Shown here: piece by piece, positions 51,706-64,000 of the stretch | How positions within the stretch are numbered: position 1 is the stretch's first letter | Layout: each line of letters starts with the position of its first letter | Origin: Camelus dromedarius | Lineage: Eukaryota | NCBI RefSeq assembly: GCF_036321535.1 | Contig: NC_087436.1 | Coordinates: 71,178,001-71,242,000, forward strand | Direction of reading: 5' to 3' | DNA length: 64,000 nucleotides | The notes under the pieces: model-generated | Told to the model about the DNA's origin: nothing | Seen by the model: only the letters and a program-made list of their open reading frames with translations | The model's database searches: none | Made by a program: the position numbers and the translations under genes

Positions 51706-52950
51706 TTCAAAGCTCCCGAAACATGGAAGGTACTCAATAAATGTTATATAAATGAACACACCAAGAACCAAACCTATAACTAATGCACATACAAGTTAAT
51801 GTATTTAATATTGGTTTTATCTTTCAAGTCAACATGTTGGGAAAAATGAATTAGATATGACGGATAATATAGATGAAATATGGTAACATTAAAGATATTT
51901 TGGCAATAAATATTCATGGATGTTATGGTCTGAGGAAATGGAAAGCAAATTCACTCTAAGGTGAATATCCCAAGTTCTACCACTGCAACCAATGCCAAAG
52001 CTACCAATGTGGGAAACTGCATCCAAGACTTTCCCCTGTCTCTCATAGTGCTTAAAAGCTTTAATGTCACAAAGCATGATAAGTCCTCCTGTTTAAACAC
52101 AGATCGTTTTCACTTTTAGGACTTGAAGAGCACTGTATCCAAAAGACCTGTAAATAAGACAAGAGGCATTAACAAAGTAACACCGACAAAAATAGCCTGT
52201 ATTTCCTAGCTCTCTACTCTTTCATTCAACCAAAACAACGGGAAAAATTGTAGAATCAGTCATAGAGAAAAAGAAACATTACTTTCAAGGTAACAACAAT
52301 ATGACTGGCAAGTTGACGTCTCAATAGAAATGATGAAAGACCGAAGGAATGTAATCATACTTTTAAAGTGCTGAAAGAAAATAGTCCACTAAAATAATCT
52401 TCAAGAATAAGGAACAGTAAGTATATTCTCAGATAAGCAGAACTAAAACAAACAAATAAATGATCAAAACCTTTGTCGGCTTACCCTCAGGAAAAGTTAT
52501 ACTAAGAGAAGTCCTTCAAAACCAAAGAAAAGTGATTCCTGATGAAAACGTACAGAAAGGAAAGAAGAGCGCCAGAAAAAACAGATCAATGAAAATGAAT
52601 CTTTGCCATTTTGGGGAGTTGAAAAAATATATGCAGACTTAAAACATATCATAACAACAATGAAATGTTGGTAGGGAGTGGTAAATGAGATTAATTGGTC
52701 TAATATTCTAGCATTTCCCTAGGAAGTATCAAAATTATATTAAACTATAATAATTAAAGTGTGAATATTGTAATTTTGGGATATGCATTAAAAAAAACAC
52801 TTAAGCTAATCAAAGATGAAAATGGAATAATAAATACTTGAGTAATTCAAAAGAAGGCAAGAAAATGGAGAAAGAGGAAGACAAATAAGGGCAAGACAAG
52901 TAGGAAAAGAGTAAGATGGCAGATTCAATCCCAGATATATCAATAACTAT

Positions 52951-53873
52951 TGTTGTGGTTGAACCTGCCAAAAATATAGTAAAATCCTAGGCCCTGGTAC
53001 AGATCTTCCTCTGCTTACAATGATGTCATGTCTTGATACAGCCCCCTAAGCTGAAAATATTGTGATGTCAATAAAGGAAACTAACACAATATTGTAAGTC
53101 AACTATGCTTTAATTTAAAAATGCATTTAATACACCAACCTACTGAACATCATAGTTTAGCCTAGTCTAACTTACTTTAGCCTACATTTGGGCAAAATAA
53201 CCTAACACAAAGCCTATTTTATAATAAAGTGCTAAATATCTCATATAATTTATTGACCACTGTACTGAAAGTGAAAAACAAGATGGTTGCAAGATGGCTT
53301 TAAGTGTCATCCATTGTTTCCCCTCATGATTGTGTGGTTGACGGAGCTGCCCAGCTTCACAAGACAGTATTGTATGCATGTCACTAGGCTGGGAAAACAG
53401 TAAAATTCAAAATTCAAAACACAGTTTCTCCTGAATGCATATCACTTTCATAGCATCATAAAGTGGAAAATCGTAAGTCGAATCATTGTAAGTTGGGGAC
53501 CATCTGTAGTATCACCGCAGATGTAGTCAAGTTAAAAGGAGGTCATACTGACTTAGGGTGTGCCCTAATTCAGTAACTGGTGTCCTTATAAGAAGAGGAC
53601 AATCTGGACACAGACATAAAGGGAGAATGTCATGTGAAAACAGAAGTGGGGAACAATGTGTCTACAAGCCAAGGAATGCTAAGGCTTGCCTGTTAACACC
53701 AGAAGATGGAAGAGAGGAATAGAACAGATTTTCCCACAGAAATTCCAGAAGGAACCAATCCTACTGATACCTGGATTTCAGACATCCAGCCTACAGACTG
53801 CAGGAGGATAAATCTCTGTTTTTAGAATCCCAGTTCGTGCTACTATGTTTGGAAGCTCTAGGAGACTAATATA
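52951..53873 (+). mobile_element. MaLR LTR (MLT1B/C-like), split by a Tigger MITE
   Basis: tgttgtggttgaa...; ggtgtccttataagaagagga...ctacaagccaaggaatgc...ctaggagactaatata. Confidence 0.8.
53000..53506 (+). mobile_element. MER47/Tigger5-like MITE with TA target duplication
   Basis: ta|cagatcttcctctgcttacaatga ... tcattgtaagttggggaccatctg|ta inverted termini. Confidence 0.85.
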
Positions 53874-56847
53874 ATTCCATTAAGTGGAAACTGAATACAT
53901 ATTTCTGAATTAAAAAAAATAAAGATGCTCATGCACCAAAAGTCTAAGCCAGCAATATACCACTTACAAGAGACACACCTTAAATACTAAGATTCAGAGA
54001 GATTGAAAATGAAAGTTTGGGAAAAGGTGCACCAAGCAAATACTAAAGAAAATAAAGCAGATGTAGTTACACTAGTATCAGGAAAGCTAGACTTTAAAGC
54101 AAGGAGCATTACTAAAAATAAAGAAGCCATTTATAAGATTTTTAAAATTCAACCAACTAGGAAGATACAGCAATTTAAAATTCACATGCAACTAATTATA
54201 TAGCTTTACAATATGTAAAGCAAAAATTGACCAAACTAAAATGATGAAAAAACCCTTTAATTATAGTGGATAGTTTTAAAAAACTAACACTAACTAAAGA
54301 ACAAACAGATTTGGAAAAAACAGTACATTTCTAGATGATATAAGCAAGACAGTCAACAAACTTGACTTGGTAACAAGCAGCATTGTATCCAACAATGACA
54401 GAATTCACATTCTTTTCAAATGATCATGGAACATTTGTCTATTTTTGGACCATAATATGCTGGGCCATAAAACAAGTGTAAACAAATTTGAAATCATTCA
54501 GTGTTCTCCCCATATAATGGATTTGAGCAAGAAATCAAAAGCAAAAAGACAACCAAAAAACTTTACACGTGAAAATTAAGCAACACACGCATAAACTACG
54601 TGTTGAAAAAGACATCACAGTGGAAATCAGAAACCATTTTGAACTGAATAATAGTATATTAGAATTTGTGGGACACACATAAGGCTGCATTTAGAGGAAA
54701 AATGTATAACCTTGCATACCTAAATTAGGAAAAGAAGAAGGGGTGAATACCAGCTTCCTAAATATTCATCTCAGAAAGTTAGAAATGGAACAAAAATTAA
54801 AGTCATTAAACTAGATAAAATAATAGAGGGAAAAGTGGAAATAAAATAGAAACAAATAAACAATTTAAAAAATAGCCAAAAAATAAATCTGTGGAAAGAA
54901 TGATGTAATATTTGAAGACTTCTACAAAGATCAGAGAGAGACAAGTACAGATTCCAAATACAAGAAATGAAAAAGAGAATAAGGTCATTACATATCCTTA
55001 AAAAAACCTTAAAAATAAGAAGATATCACAAACAACTTTACGCCAATAAATTTTTTAAGTTTATAAGAAATAAATTTCTCAAAAAACTCAGCTTACTAAT
55101 AATGATACAAGAAGAAAGAGAAAATATAAATTGTACTACATCTATTAAGGAAATTAAATTTGTAATGAAAAGCCTATCCAGAAACTCAAAAGAGTCTATG
55201 GATAAACTGTAAAAATTAACAACTGAATTTAGCAAGGAAGATGGATATAAAGTCAATGTAAAAACTATGTTTCTATTTCCAGAAGCACAGAAAAAAAATT
55301 TTAAAGATAGAATTCATAGTAGCATCAAAAACATCAAGTAACTAGGACCATATCTAATAAAAGATATGCAATACTTATGCACTGAAAAGAATTAAACATT
55401 ATTGTGATAAAGTGGAATAAGCTAAATAAGTAAAAGGATAAACTGTTCATGATATGGAAGCCTCACTATTATAAGGGCGCCAATTCTCCCCAAATTGATT
55501 TATAGATTTAGCACAATCCCAATTAAAATCTTAAGTATTTTTTGTGGAAGCTAGAGAGGCAATTTCTTAAAAAATTACATGGAAATACAAAGGGCCAACA
55601 ACAGCCATGGCAACCTTTAAAAGTAGTACAGATTTGAACAACTTATACCCCAAATATCAAAAACTATTAGAAGGCTAACTAGTTAAAACAGTGCAATGCT
55701 GAAAGATCAACGAAGTGGCCAATGGTAGAGAACAGAGTCTAGTACATACCTATACACATATGTTCAAATACGAGGCAACACTACCATGACATGGGAGAAA
55801 AATGGCCTTTTCATTAGTGGTGCTAGGTCAACTGGATATCCACATGGGGAAAAATGAATCTGAAATCATGCCTCACATCAAACACAAAAAATAAAAGTAG
55901 ATGGTTTGTAGATCTAAATACGAAAGAAAAAAACAGGAGAGCATTTAAATGAAAACATAGACTATCTTCATGATTTTGGAACAGGCAATTATTCTTTAAG
56001 AGGCCATGAAATTGTTAACGATAGGAAAATTTTGCTAAGTTCAATTTTAACATCTGTTCACCAAAAGATCCTAAGAAAGTGAGAAGTTAGCCACAGTATG
56101 AGAAAAGATATTTATATAAATATATATATATATATACACATACATTTAAATATGAAAAAGTACTCATATGTGCATAAAGAATTCCCCTTCTTCAAATCAA
56201 TAACAAAAGCATACACTCCAATAGAAAAATGGATAAAAGACTTAAACTGTCAGTAAATTAAAGCAGATAGCCAAAAGGTCAATAAATATACAATAAGATC
56301 CTCAGTCCCACCAGTCATCAAGGAAATAATGAAAACCAGAATGAGATATGACTACACACCTCCAGAATGGATAAAATTAAAAAAAAAAAGCATACCACCA
56401 CAGAATGTTAATAAGGATATGCAACAACTAAAGTTCTCATACACTTTCTGGTAATAGTGTACATTGATAAAGCTACTCCAAAACAACTGGAAACATCTAC
56501 TAAAGGTGACTATATGACACAGAATTGTCACTCCTAGGTATAAATACACCAGAAATGTGTCAGTATCTGCACCAAAAAGTAGGAACAAGAATGTTTATAG
56601 CAACCCTGATTATAATAGCCCAAAATGGAAACAACCCAGTCCATTTAACAATAAAATGGGTAAGAAATCAGGGAACAGCCATGCAATGGAAAACTATACA
56701 GCAATAAGGATGAGTGAAATATAACTACACACAAAAAGATGAATTTCACAAAAATAACTTTGAGAGAAAGAAGTCAGACACAAAAACTACCTACTGCATG
56801 ATTTTGTTTATTTAAAGTAAATCAGGCAAAACTAACTTATAGTATTT

Positions 56848-56912
56848 GTTTTATTGAAGTATAGTCAGTTAAAATGTGTCCAATTTCTGGTGTACAGTGT
56901 AATGTCCCAGTC

Positions 56913-56949
<37 letters not shown>

Positions 56950-57532
56950 CAAATACACATACATATATTCATTTTCATATTCTTTTTCATTAAAGTTTAT
57001 TACAAGATACTGAATATAGTTTCCTGTGCTATACAGAAGAAATTTGTTTTTTTAATCTATCTTTATATTTAGAGGTTAACATTTGCAAATTTCAAATTCC
57101 CAGATTTATCACTTCCCACCCCCTTTCCCCTGGTAATCATAAGATTGTTTACTATGTCTATGAGTCTCTTTCTATTTTGTAGGTGAGTTCATTAATGTCC
57201 TCTTTTTTTTTTTTAGGTTCCACATATGAGTGATATCATATGGTATTTTTATTTCTCTTTCTGGCTTACTTCACTTAGCATGATGATCTCCAGGTCCATC
57301 CATGTTTCTGCAAATGGATTATTTATTTTTTATGGCTGACTAATATTCCATTGTATAAATATACCATAGCTTCTTTATCCAGTCATCTGCGGATGGACAT
57401 TTAGGTTGTTTCCATGTCTTGGCTTTGTATCTATTGTATACAGTGCTGCTATGAACACTGGGGTGCATGCATCTTTTCTAATTAGAGTTCCCTCCAGATA
57501 TATGCCCAGGAGTGGGATCACTGGATCATATG
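56848..57532 (-). mobile_element. 5'-truncated L1 3' end nested in the old L1M 3'UTR
   Basis: TSD tatagtattt (56838-56847) and tataatattt (57533-57542); same family as 24567-25168. Confidence 0.88.
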
Positions 57533-58929
57533 TATAATATTTTAAGTTAAAATAGTGAAGGGAAGTGTCTGGGATGCTAGCAATGTTCTAGGTCTTGATC
57601 TGGGAGCAGGGCTTTCAGAAAAATATAAAGTGCTATGGGACATTCATGTAAAGACAAACAATCCTCTCCACAGCTTAATGAAGAATATGCTAGAATAAGC
57701 ATATTGCCTCTTTCTGCACTTCCCAACAGATTATGTGCTACAATGAATCTAAAAAACAAATGGTTTCAAAGCTTATGACTATGTTAGCAGTATGAAGAAA
57801 AACTGCAAATGTCATTCTATATATTTTCCATTGTAACAAAATTAAAAACACATATTTATTTAATTAAAAAAACTGGGTGGCAGACTACTTGTTTAACATG
57901 TTTGGGAATAGCTTCCTTTTTCTGGTATAGAATTTTTTATTATTATTTTCTAGCTATGCTTTCAATCATCCAAGCCAAGAGTTGTTTTTAGCATTAAGCG
58001 ACTAACCTAGAAGCAAAGAAAACCAGTCGCAAGGGATTATCTCCTTCAGGACTGCACTAGAATTATTATACATATGAATTATTTAAAATTGGATAATTTT
58101 ATGTGGCAGAAGGGAGAAGAAAGTTATAAATAGAAGAAAGTAAAAGATGTCACTAATTATTAACTAGGCAATATGAATATAAACGTTTCTATAAATAGAT
58201 TTTTATATTTTTTCCTTACACTAAATTTTCTTCCACTTCTGTTTCTTCCATCCTGTCCACATTGGTGAATTATTTATTGCTATTTCAGTTATATATTTCA
58301 AGAGAATGAGGTGACTGATTATATTTTTGCATAGTTGCTTGGTTTAAAATGCTGTGAAAGGAATTTATTTTTAAATTTGGAAGCTGTTACTATGACATCA
58401 AAAAAATGACAACAGAAAGGGCTAGCAAAGAAATACTCTCACTAGCACCCTGAATTCTAGTGATTAGAATCCTTTAAACCTCTTGTCCTTGATATAAGTA
58501 ATTACTACCTCTAAATGAAAGTAGGTATTTCTAAGAAACCCCAAAAGCCACTACCTAAGCTTTAGTGTTCTGATTCTTCACTATTGTCTTCAGAAATGCT
58601 TCCCAGATCTCACAGGTTACAACACGGAAAATTGCTGTTTGCAGTCTTGGTTCCGAGAATGTTTCCTCCCACAATATTTCTTATTGACCTAGGCCTTCCT
58701 GGCTATCTATTTTATTACCAATTCTTCCATTTCTTCTATTTCTAGCTTATCTCACCCTTCAGATCTTGGGCGAGGCACTGACTCTCTGCCCCATAACTGT
58801 GACTCAGTAACCGGTTTCTGGTGATCCTGAGTAAATACTTTGTTTCATCCCTGTGTGTCAGCAAATCGGTCCAGCAAACTTGACTTTAGCACAAGGAATT
58901 GCCCCCAAGCAGCCAATGTATTTCTGGGA

Positions 58930-59240
58930 GTTCAGTCCATTCAATTCCACAAATATTTCCTGAGTACCTACTAAGTGCCCAGCACTCTGCCAGGTGTTAA
59001 GAAGTAAATGATGAGTAAAGCAGAAAGATTCTTGGCCCTTCAAGAGCTTTAATGGAAAAGATGGAGCTTGAACAAGTAAGTGCATAGATACGTGATTACA
59101 GACTGTAATGAGTGCTGGGAAGAGAAAGTACTTGGCACTCCCAGGGCGTATGATGATTGACCTGACCTAGTCTGCAGGGTCAGGAAAGCCTTCCCCAAAA
59201 GTGACATTTAGCCAGGATCTAAAGAATGATAATTAGGCAG
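58930..59240. mobile_element. L2 3' end
   Basis: cattcaattccacaaatatttcctgagtacctactaagtgcccagcactctgccagg...caggaaagccttcccc. Confidence 0.75.
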
Positions 59241-59585
59241 TGGATCATACCAGGCAGGAACTTGCATGACAGACTAAAGATCTGTGTCCATGAAAAGGGA
59301 TGTACTTTTAGTAGGTGGGGAAAAACTCTGAAATTTTGACAGAGGGAACTAGATTAAAATATATTCCAGTGTAAGAATCATTATGCTCTAAAGGAGAAAA
59401 ATAATTACTCTTATCATGAATTTTGCCAAGAGTCTCTTTGTACCTTCAAAAAAAAGAAATTAAGGAAGGGCCCAGAGCTATAATCAGGACGTTATGTGGC
59501 ATAAAATCCTATAGAGGCAAATACCAGAGACAAAGGGGAAGGCTGCAAAGCTAGATATCAATGTACAAGATGAAGAAGAAGGGCT

Positions 59586-60131
59586 CCATTGACAGAGGCC
59601 TCGGTAAAGATGCTGTGGTGTATTTACACAATGGAGTACTACTCAGCCATGAAAAGAATAAAGTAATGCCATTTGCAGCAACATGGATGGACCTGGAGAT
59701 CGTCATTCTAAGTGAAGTAAGCCAGAAAGAGAAAGAAAAACACCATGTGATATCACTCATATGTAGAATCTAAAAAAAGAAAAAAGAAGACACTAATGAA
59801 CTCATTTACAGAACAGAAACAGACTCTCAGACATAGTAAACAATCTTATGGTTACCAGAGGAAAGGGGGTGGGAAGGGATAGATTCGGGAGTTTGAGATT
59901 TGCAAATACTAACTACTATATATAAAAATAGATAAGAAAAACAAATTTCTCCTGTATAGCATAGGGAACTATGTTCAACATCTTGTAATAACCTTTAACA
60001 AAAAAGAATATGAAAACAAATATATGTATATATATGTATGACTGCAACATTATGCTGTACTCCAGAAACTGACACATTATAACTGACTATACTTCAATTT
60101 AAAAATTAATTAATTAATTATTTTAAAAAAA
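59586..60131 (+). mobile_element. 5'-truncated L1 3' end
   Basis: [28 protein letters not shown]2 C-terminal stub followed by 3'UTR and A-rich tail. Confidence 0.9.
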
Positions 60132-60665
60132 GAAGAAAAGGGGCAAAATGCTACACACCAGAGATATGGCAGCAATAGAAATACAAGAGAGGTAAATTTA
60201 AGATGAATATCAAAAGAGGATCATTAGGTAATATCCATTAGAGTCTGAAAGTTTAAATACGTATGCTGAAATAAACGTAACAGATTATATGTAAGTGCCA
60301 TATACTGTTAAATATAAATAAAACACAAAAGGGTAAATGTTTGAAATTAGAAAAATTTCATTCACAATGTCACATACAGGGGGAAGAAAGGTATTTACAT
60401 GCATGGAAGTAGCAGGATACAGCAGTTGTTTTTTCATCTTTGTCTCTGCTTTATGTTTAAATTGGACAGCTCCTATAATTTGAGGATATTATCAAGACAG
60501 CATCTAGTGTTAACCCCAACACAGACTACACATAATTATTCCAAATTACCTTGGACATTCGACAAATACCTGTTACTGTGGAGGCAGAAGGGTAAGGTGG
60601 AGAAGGCCCTGGCTCTGAGCCCAGACTGAACATCACTGAAGGCCTGAGTCACTGACCCTCTGAGA

Positions 60666-60840
60666 CAGTGTGTCCCAAACACGAGAGTGCATTATAGCTG
60701 CCTGGAGGGCTTGTTAACCACAGACCACTTGGTCCCAACCCTATAGTTTCTGATCCATAGGTCTTGGCCTGGGGCCTGAAACGTGCATTTCTAACTAGTT
60801 TCTAGGTAAGGCTGATGTTGTTGATTTTGAGAATCTCTGT
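60666..60840. mobile_element. MER5A-like hAT-Charlie MITE
   Basis: cctggagggcttgttaaccacagac...gtttctgatccataggtct...gtgcatttctaac. Confidence 0.8.
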
Positions 60841-61204
60841 TCTAAGGGTACATTTCCTCATCTGAAAAATGAGTATGTTACTGCCTCCAAGGTCCACCAG
60901 CCAGAGGTGTTGAATAAAGCCAGTACCTCCTTTGAAGATACAAAATGCTTCATATTTTTCTTACACTGCACTGCCGAGGATGGTGTCTCTGAATGACCAA
61001 ATGCCCACATTTTGTTAATTAAAAGATACTGCATGAGCATATTTGGTTCTTCCTCTGTTTCTTTATTCCATGTGAATTCATATAAGAAGTTTCAGGACAC
61101 TAGAGAACTATCAAAAGGGGAAAAGGATTTAAGATTATATATTCTTGCAGAATAACTCCACTTGGGTATTGTCAAAGCCTGCTCAGAAATAAAAGTTAAA
61201 AAAA

Positions 61205-61350
61205 ATTTATCGACGTTGTGTTGCTTTACAATGTTAGTTTCAGGTGTACAGCAAAGTGATTTAGTTATATATATATATGTATAAGTTATACATATATATA
61301 TGTGTGTGTATATATATGTATATGTATATGTATATATTTGTTTTTACATT
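61205..61350 (-). mobile_element. Tiny L1 3' terminus plus (TA)/(TG) microsatellite
   Basis: tttacaatgttagtttcaggtgtacagcaaagtgatttagttatatat. Confidence 0.7.
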
Positions 61351-61549
61351 TTCCAGATCTGAAACATCAGTTTAGAAAGGCCTACCTAGATTACTAAAGA
61401 GAAAGGACACAGCACTCACAGAGCATGACTGATATCCATCTGCCTCTCTGTCCAGCCTTTTCCAAAGCTATGTCAACCTAGCAGTATTCCAAGTTGCCAT
61501 CTGATGTGACATACTTCCATTGCCAGCAGCTCTGCCACCTTGAGCCATG

Positions 61550-62032
61550 GCAGAACTGTTCTTATAGGTCAGAGTCTGAACAGGACTCAACTGTATTGTT
61601 TTTTCAGGTTTGCACAAACCTGAAATCAAGATGTCAGCAGTCATGATGAGGTCCTCATCTAAACTTTGGGGTTCTCTTCCAAAGTCTGGGTTGTTGGCAT
61701 ACTTCACTTCCTTGTGGCTATATGACTGAGGGCCCAGTTTTCTTGCTGACTGTAAGCCTAGGTGGCTTCAGCTTAATGTCTTGTCACAAGGCGGCACAGG
61801 CAGTTCACTACATAGCATCTTATTTTCTCCAAGGCTAGCAGGAGCACAGCTCTCTAACACTTCACCTGCTCCTAACGAGGTTCTCTACTGAGGTCAAGCC
61901 CACGCAGAATCATTGCCTTTTGATATGCCATCATTCACAGGTTCTGCTCTCATTCAAGGGGAGAGGATTATACAGGGAATATATACCAATGGGTGGAAAT
62001 CCTGGGGCCGTCTTAATATCCTTCTTACCACA
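61550..62032 (-). mobile_element. MaLR LTR (MLT1F/G-like)
   Basis: ctgaaatcaagatgtcagcag...cttccttgtggctatatgactgagggccc...attcaaggggagaggattatacaggg...cttaccaca. Confidence 0.7.
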
Positions 62033-63059
62033 CCAGCTATCCAACCAGTGATCCTGAATCAAGCTCTTTCCAGAGGCCACAGGGGCAAGGCAAGCCAGTG
62101 GCTGAGACCCTCACGGCACAGCTCACTTCCATCCCCTTCACATACTGGACTTCTGGCAAGTAACTTCTCTTGTACAAGTAGTTATCCAGGTAAATGAAAA
62201 TGCCTAATAAACCTGTGGGCCAGATAAATCATTCAGAGATCACCCAGTCATCAAAATTTCTTTCCTTGCTCACATTCCATGATTTTGTAAGAAATAAGTT
62301 CAAATCAGTCATGGAGTCGATAGTCTAGAATATATGATAGACTGAAAACAGCATTTAATTTTTAATCACAAATATGGGACTCGAGTTCTGCATATACCAA
62401 TTATCTATTCTGAAATTCTGAGAATCTATGGTATCATTATTCACTTCAGTTTCCACAATAAAAGTGGTGATAATCATTGTGATACTAAAGAAAATCTTCA
62501 TAAGATTCTTATAAAGATCAAATGAGACAATGCATATCATATAGTATAAAGTGGTATTCACATGTCATTATTACTTACATTATTAGTATTATCATTAGCA
62601 CCATCCCCCAGTCAGGTTGTCCAATGGATAGCCACTGTTTTTATCTGCCCAAATCCTTTTCCTCCTCGTGCCTTCTCAACCATCATATATATTCTGGATC
62701 AGTGGGGATGGAAACAATCAACAGAGCACGTTACTATAAAACAGTAATAGTTGGTGAGGACACAGAAGGCCTTTGTGTCGATCAAAGAGTATGTGAGTGA
62801 TTCTAACCTGAATACATTTTACTGTAGGGCCAGTGGATACCCAAGAACTTTCTATAGATATTTACAATATTCTAAGGATATATTGAAATGTATATCCTAA
62901 GAAGTCATCAGAATACTCAAACTCCCAAATGAGTTTCCTGACTGTGGTACAAAAACTATTATGATACAGAAGACTTGTAGAAGCCATTGAGGCGCTGACT
63001 CCTTAGAAACAGTAATTTTTTTTTTAAATTACTGTATTCCTATCGAGCCATTCAGAGAA

Positions 63060-64000
63060 AATGATAAACTCAAAGACCTAAAGGATTCAAGAGTGATGAT
63101 TCCTGTCACTTCTCCATTTAACACTTCACTTTGGGTAAGTGCAAAAGGCAGATGGGATTTAAAGAATGATAGTGGGTTTTTATAAAAGTGATAAAGTGGT
63201 GATAATAATTATATAGCTGCTGTTCCAGATATTGTTTGCTGACCTGATCAAATTAACAAAGCCTGCTTCGCATAATGCAGGTTTCATCTGATAAGTGGAC
63301 TGCTTTTTCCCCTCTATTCTGTTAAGACAAGAACACCACTAGCAAACTGTCTTTACTGGGCAGCGCCAGCAGTATACCTGTCATTCTGCCTCAGGAATCT
63401 AACAAATCTCTCTCACACAATCCCACAGCGCACCCTTCTAGTCTACAATACTGAATTCATATTCCTGACGGCTTCTAGAGAGCAAGAAGCAGCAGTTACC
63501 ACAGATGACTTTATAAAACAAATGTGTGGCAGAGACTGAGAAATAAATCCCACAGAAATACATGATCTTGCTACCTCAAGGACTCATTGGTTTAGAGCAT
63601 GTCAACATATTTCTTCCATAGAGAAGGACAAGTTGTTACCTATGGAATACTCAACCACTGAGAAGTAAGAACACCTTCTCAGCCATTCTGACTTTGGAAG
63701 TCACATTTATTACTGACCCACTCTCCACATTATTTTTAAAAGCTGCCGGTTTTGAGGGGCCCAGGGCAAAAAAAGGGGGGTTCTCTTGCTAGCCCAAGGC
63801 ACAGTGCAAGTTGCTCTATTCTTAGTCACTGTGATCAGACAACCAAATAGAATATGAAGAACCCGCACAGACTGGCGTGCCATATAAAGACTGTGGTCAG
63901 TTTCAGTAAGAGAATCACAGCAGAGCCTTTGGGTGTTTTATGGTATAGTAATAAGGCCAAGTACACACAAGCGAAAAACTTTCTTTTTTAAGAAAATAGC
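63060..64000 (+). mobile_element. Degenerate ERVL internal pol (reverse transcriptase) remnant
   Basis: Reads LKDLKDSRVMIPVTSPFN..., VQKADG, IAAVPDIV, WQ.QQYT...LPQG-like and INPTEI, in the order of HERVL/MLT2-type RT motifs; many indels and stops. Confidence 0.8.

Larger units (their letters stand above)
52260..57620 (+). mobile_element. Old L1M (ORF1 end, ORF2 remnants, 3'UTR) with nested insertions
   Basis: Endonuclease-like KVWEKVHQANTKENKADVVTLVSGKLDFK (54003-54203); further ORF2 text to ~56700; 3'UTR resumes after 57542. Confidence 0.85.
34433..64000 (-). other. ADAMTS3: 3' part of a large upstream ADAMTS3 intron
   Basis: The exon at 34432 starts mid-prodomain at a splice acceptor; no further ADAMTS-like coding sequence recognised up to the window end. 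Confidence 0.8.

Overview
Mammalian genomic DNA, probably camelid (tRNA-derived Vic-1-like SINE, camelid-type L1 3' ends, and no Alu, Bov-A, PRE-1 or CAN-SINE seen). The whole window appears to lie inside ADAMTS3, a procollagen N-proteinase, on the minus strand. Seven consecutive coding exons (34233-34432, 7727-7810, 5695-5851, 4841-4946, 4295-4438, 3524-3656, 1908-2021) have canonical GT-AG sites and splice into one open frame. That frame covers the prodomain end and furin site (RRRR), the metalloprotease domain (HETGHVLGMEH zinc motif, Met-turn) and most of the disintegrin-like domain. The rest is intron, rich in transposons: L1 of several ages, MIR, L2, L3, MaLR/ERV1/ERVL LTRs, an ERVL pol remnant and DNA transposons. 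Almost all ORFs in the supplied track are chance ORFs or L1 remnants. I found no convincing new biological system. The best leads are: (1) a 2.9-kb TSD-flanked L1 with 5'UTR, ORF1 and 3'UTR but almost no ORF2 (half-L1-like), nested in an older L1 and carrying a short 3' transduction; (2) two ERV1 solo LTRs with NF-kB/STAT motifs; (3) an odd seventh cysteine in the catalytic domain; (4) a possible in-frame cryptic exon that could replace the zinc-motif exon. Repeat family names and exon numbers come from memory, not from a database search, and boundaries of old repeats are approximate.
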